NCBI GenBank assembly: GCA_017617525.1
Contig: JAFZWA010000064.1
Location: 325-64,324 of the forward strand
Direction: 5' to 3'
DNA length: 64,000 bases
DNA from: Clostridiales bacterium
GTDB lineage: Bacteria; Bacillota; Clostridia; Saccharofermentanales; Saccharofermentanaceae
Positions 63,293 through 64,000 of this stretch are shown here, in pieces; the first letter of the stretch is position 1, and every line of letters begins with the position of its first letter. Below the pieces are notes generated by a model. That model was not told the origin of the DNA. It was given only the letters and a program-made list of their open reading frames with translations, and searched no databases. A program made the position numbers and the translations under genes.

Positions 63293-63826
63293 ATGAAAGA
63301 AAATCTTTATATAACAGCATTGTTATGGATGGTCGGACGTATTACGCGGGAGGAGTATGTCAGTTTCCTCGAGGAACTCTACATGCGGCCGGAGAACAAG
63401 TCCAATGACCTGCTGCTGCGTCTTGAGGAGGCAAATGGAACAATCAAGGACACGAATCATGTGTTCAGTCAAAGTATCCAGTATGGTCCGGAAAAATGGG
63501 AAGAGGAAGCAATCATCAAGAAGATTGTCGAGACGCTGATCCGCCATTACGAGAAAACGAATTCCATACTTGATACACTGGAGCTCGGTTATGATCTCCG
63601 GAGAGAAGCAACACTGTCTTGTAAAGCGACAATCCGTGAACCGTTGATCTTGATCTGTCAGGCTTTTGATTACTTGCAAGAGGATTACTTCTACCCTGAA
63701 GGAGGGTGCAGATATTTTATGAAACTTCTTCATTTCTATTCATCTGAAGCATCATCAGCTGAAATCAATAAGGCGATAGAGATCGTAAGAAAAGAAAGAA
63801 GAGATCGTCAGAAAAGAAAGAATTGA
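63293..63826 (+). CDS. Hypothetical soluble protein
   Basis: 177-aa ORF with an extended -10 (TGTTATAAT, 63234-63242) upstream. No family recognised. Confidence 0.5.
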   Translation: MKENLYITALLWMVGRITREEYVSFLEELYMRPENKSNDLLLRLEEANGTIKDTNHVFSQSIQYGPEKWEEEAIIKKIVETLIRHYEKTNSILDTLELGYDLRREATLSCKATIREPLILICQAFDYLQEDYFYPEGGCRYFMKLLHFYSSEASSAEINKAIEIVRKERRDRQKRKN

Positions 63827-64000
63827 AAAATGAAACTATTCAGACCTGAAGGTACCCAAGAATCAGAACTGATCAAAGAGATCGGATATAAGTAATTCCT
63901 ACCGAAATCAGCGTTTGAAAGATATTATAAGCGTGTTTTCGATAGGACAGAAGAACTGAACCTTCAAAAGGTGCTTAAATACGGGGAGTTGGAACATGAT

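Noticed and set aside
63829-63894. 21-codon ORF (MKLFRPEGTQESELIKEIGYK) after the last complete gene.
   Set aside because: It is too short, with no RBS and no supporting context.
1-64000. Mobile elements, prophage, CRISPR arrays, tRNA or rRNA genes, toxin-antitoxin pairs or known defence-system genes.
   Set aside because: No transposase, integrase, Cas, nuclease/helicase defence signatures, spaced direct-repeat arrays or cloverleaf-capable conserved tRNA boxes were noticed on either strand. The absence is from manual reading only.

Overview
This is a 64-kb chromosomal window with Firmicutes/Clostridia-type gene content. The Lachnospiraceae-like assignment is an inference from protein signatures only. 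I support about 57 protein-coding genes. They include a purine block (purE-purF-purN-purH, an inserted membrane protein, then purD), nadD::yqeK-rsfS, and trxA with an FTR-like protein. There are three glycoside hydrolases (GH95, GH10, GH127), putP, two MATE exporters and two MacB/FtsX-type ABC systems. There is also a PadR-DUF1700-DUF4097 operon, two Fe-S aldo/keto reductases with an AraC regulator, and an acyltransferase/GT8 cluster. The remainder is an ECF sigma/anti-sigma/lipoprotein operon and several uncharacterised membrane or zinc-ribbon proteins. I saw no rRNA, tRNA, CRISPR array, transposase, integrase or phage genes, so this looks like core chromosome rather than an island. The most unusual signal is not a gene. 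It is a short oriented word, RGTGCTTTTCG. I found 21 exact copies of its 9-mer core GTGCTTTTC by eye, against about 0.5 expected by chance. The copies are concentrated at cistron boundaries, often 0-15 nt after stop codons or just downstream of extended -10 promoters. Four times the word forms inverted pairs (hairpins). The flanks do not align, so it is a word rather than a MITE, and its function is unknown. Secondary observations are a 1-nt frameshift in the yidC-like gene at the window edge and gene fusions (NadD::YqeK, GT8::acyltransferase). There are also tandem palindromic operator candidates, a tandem pair of paralogous two-TM proteins next to a TerB/zinc-ribbon protein, and an ECF sigma operon with a solute-binding-like lipoprotein. 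All coordinates and counts come from manual reading and should be recomputed.
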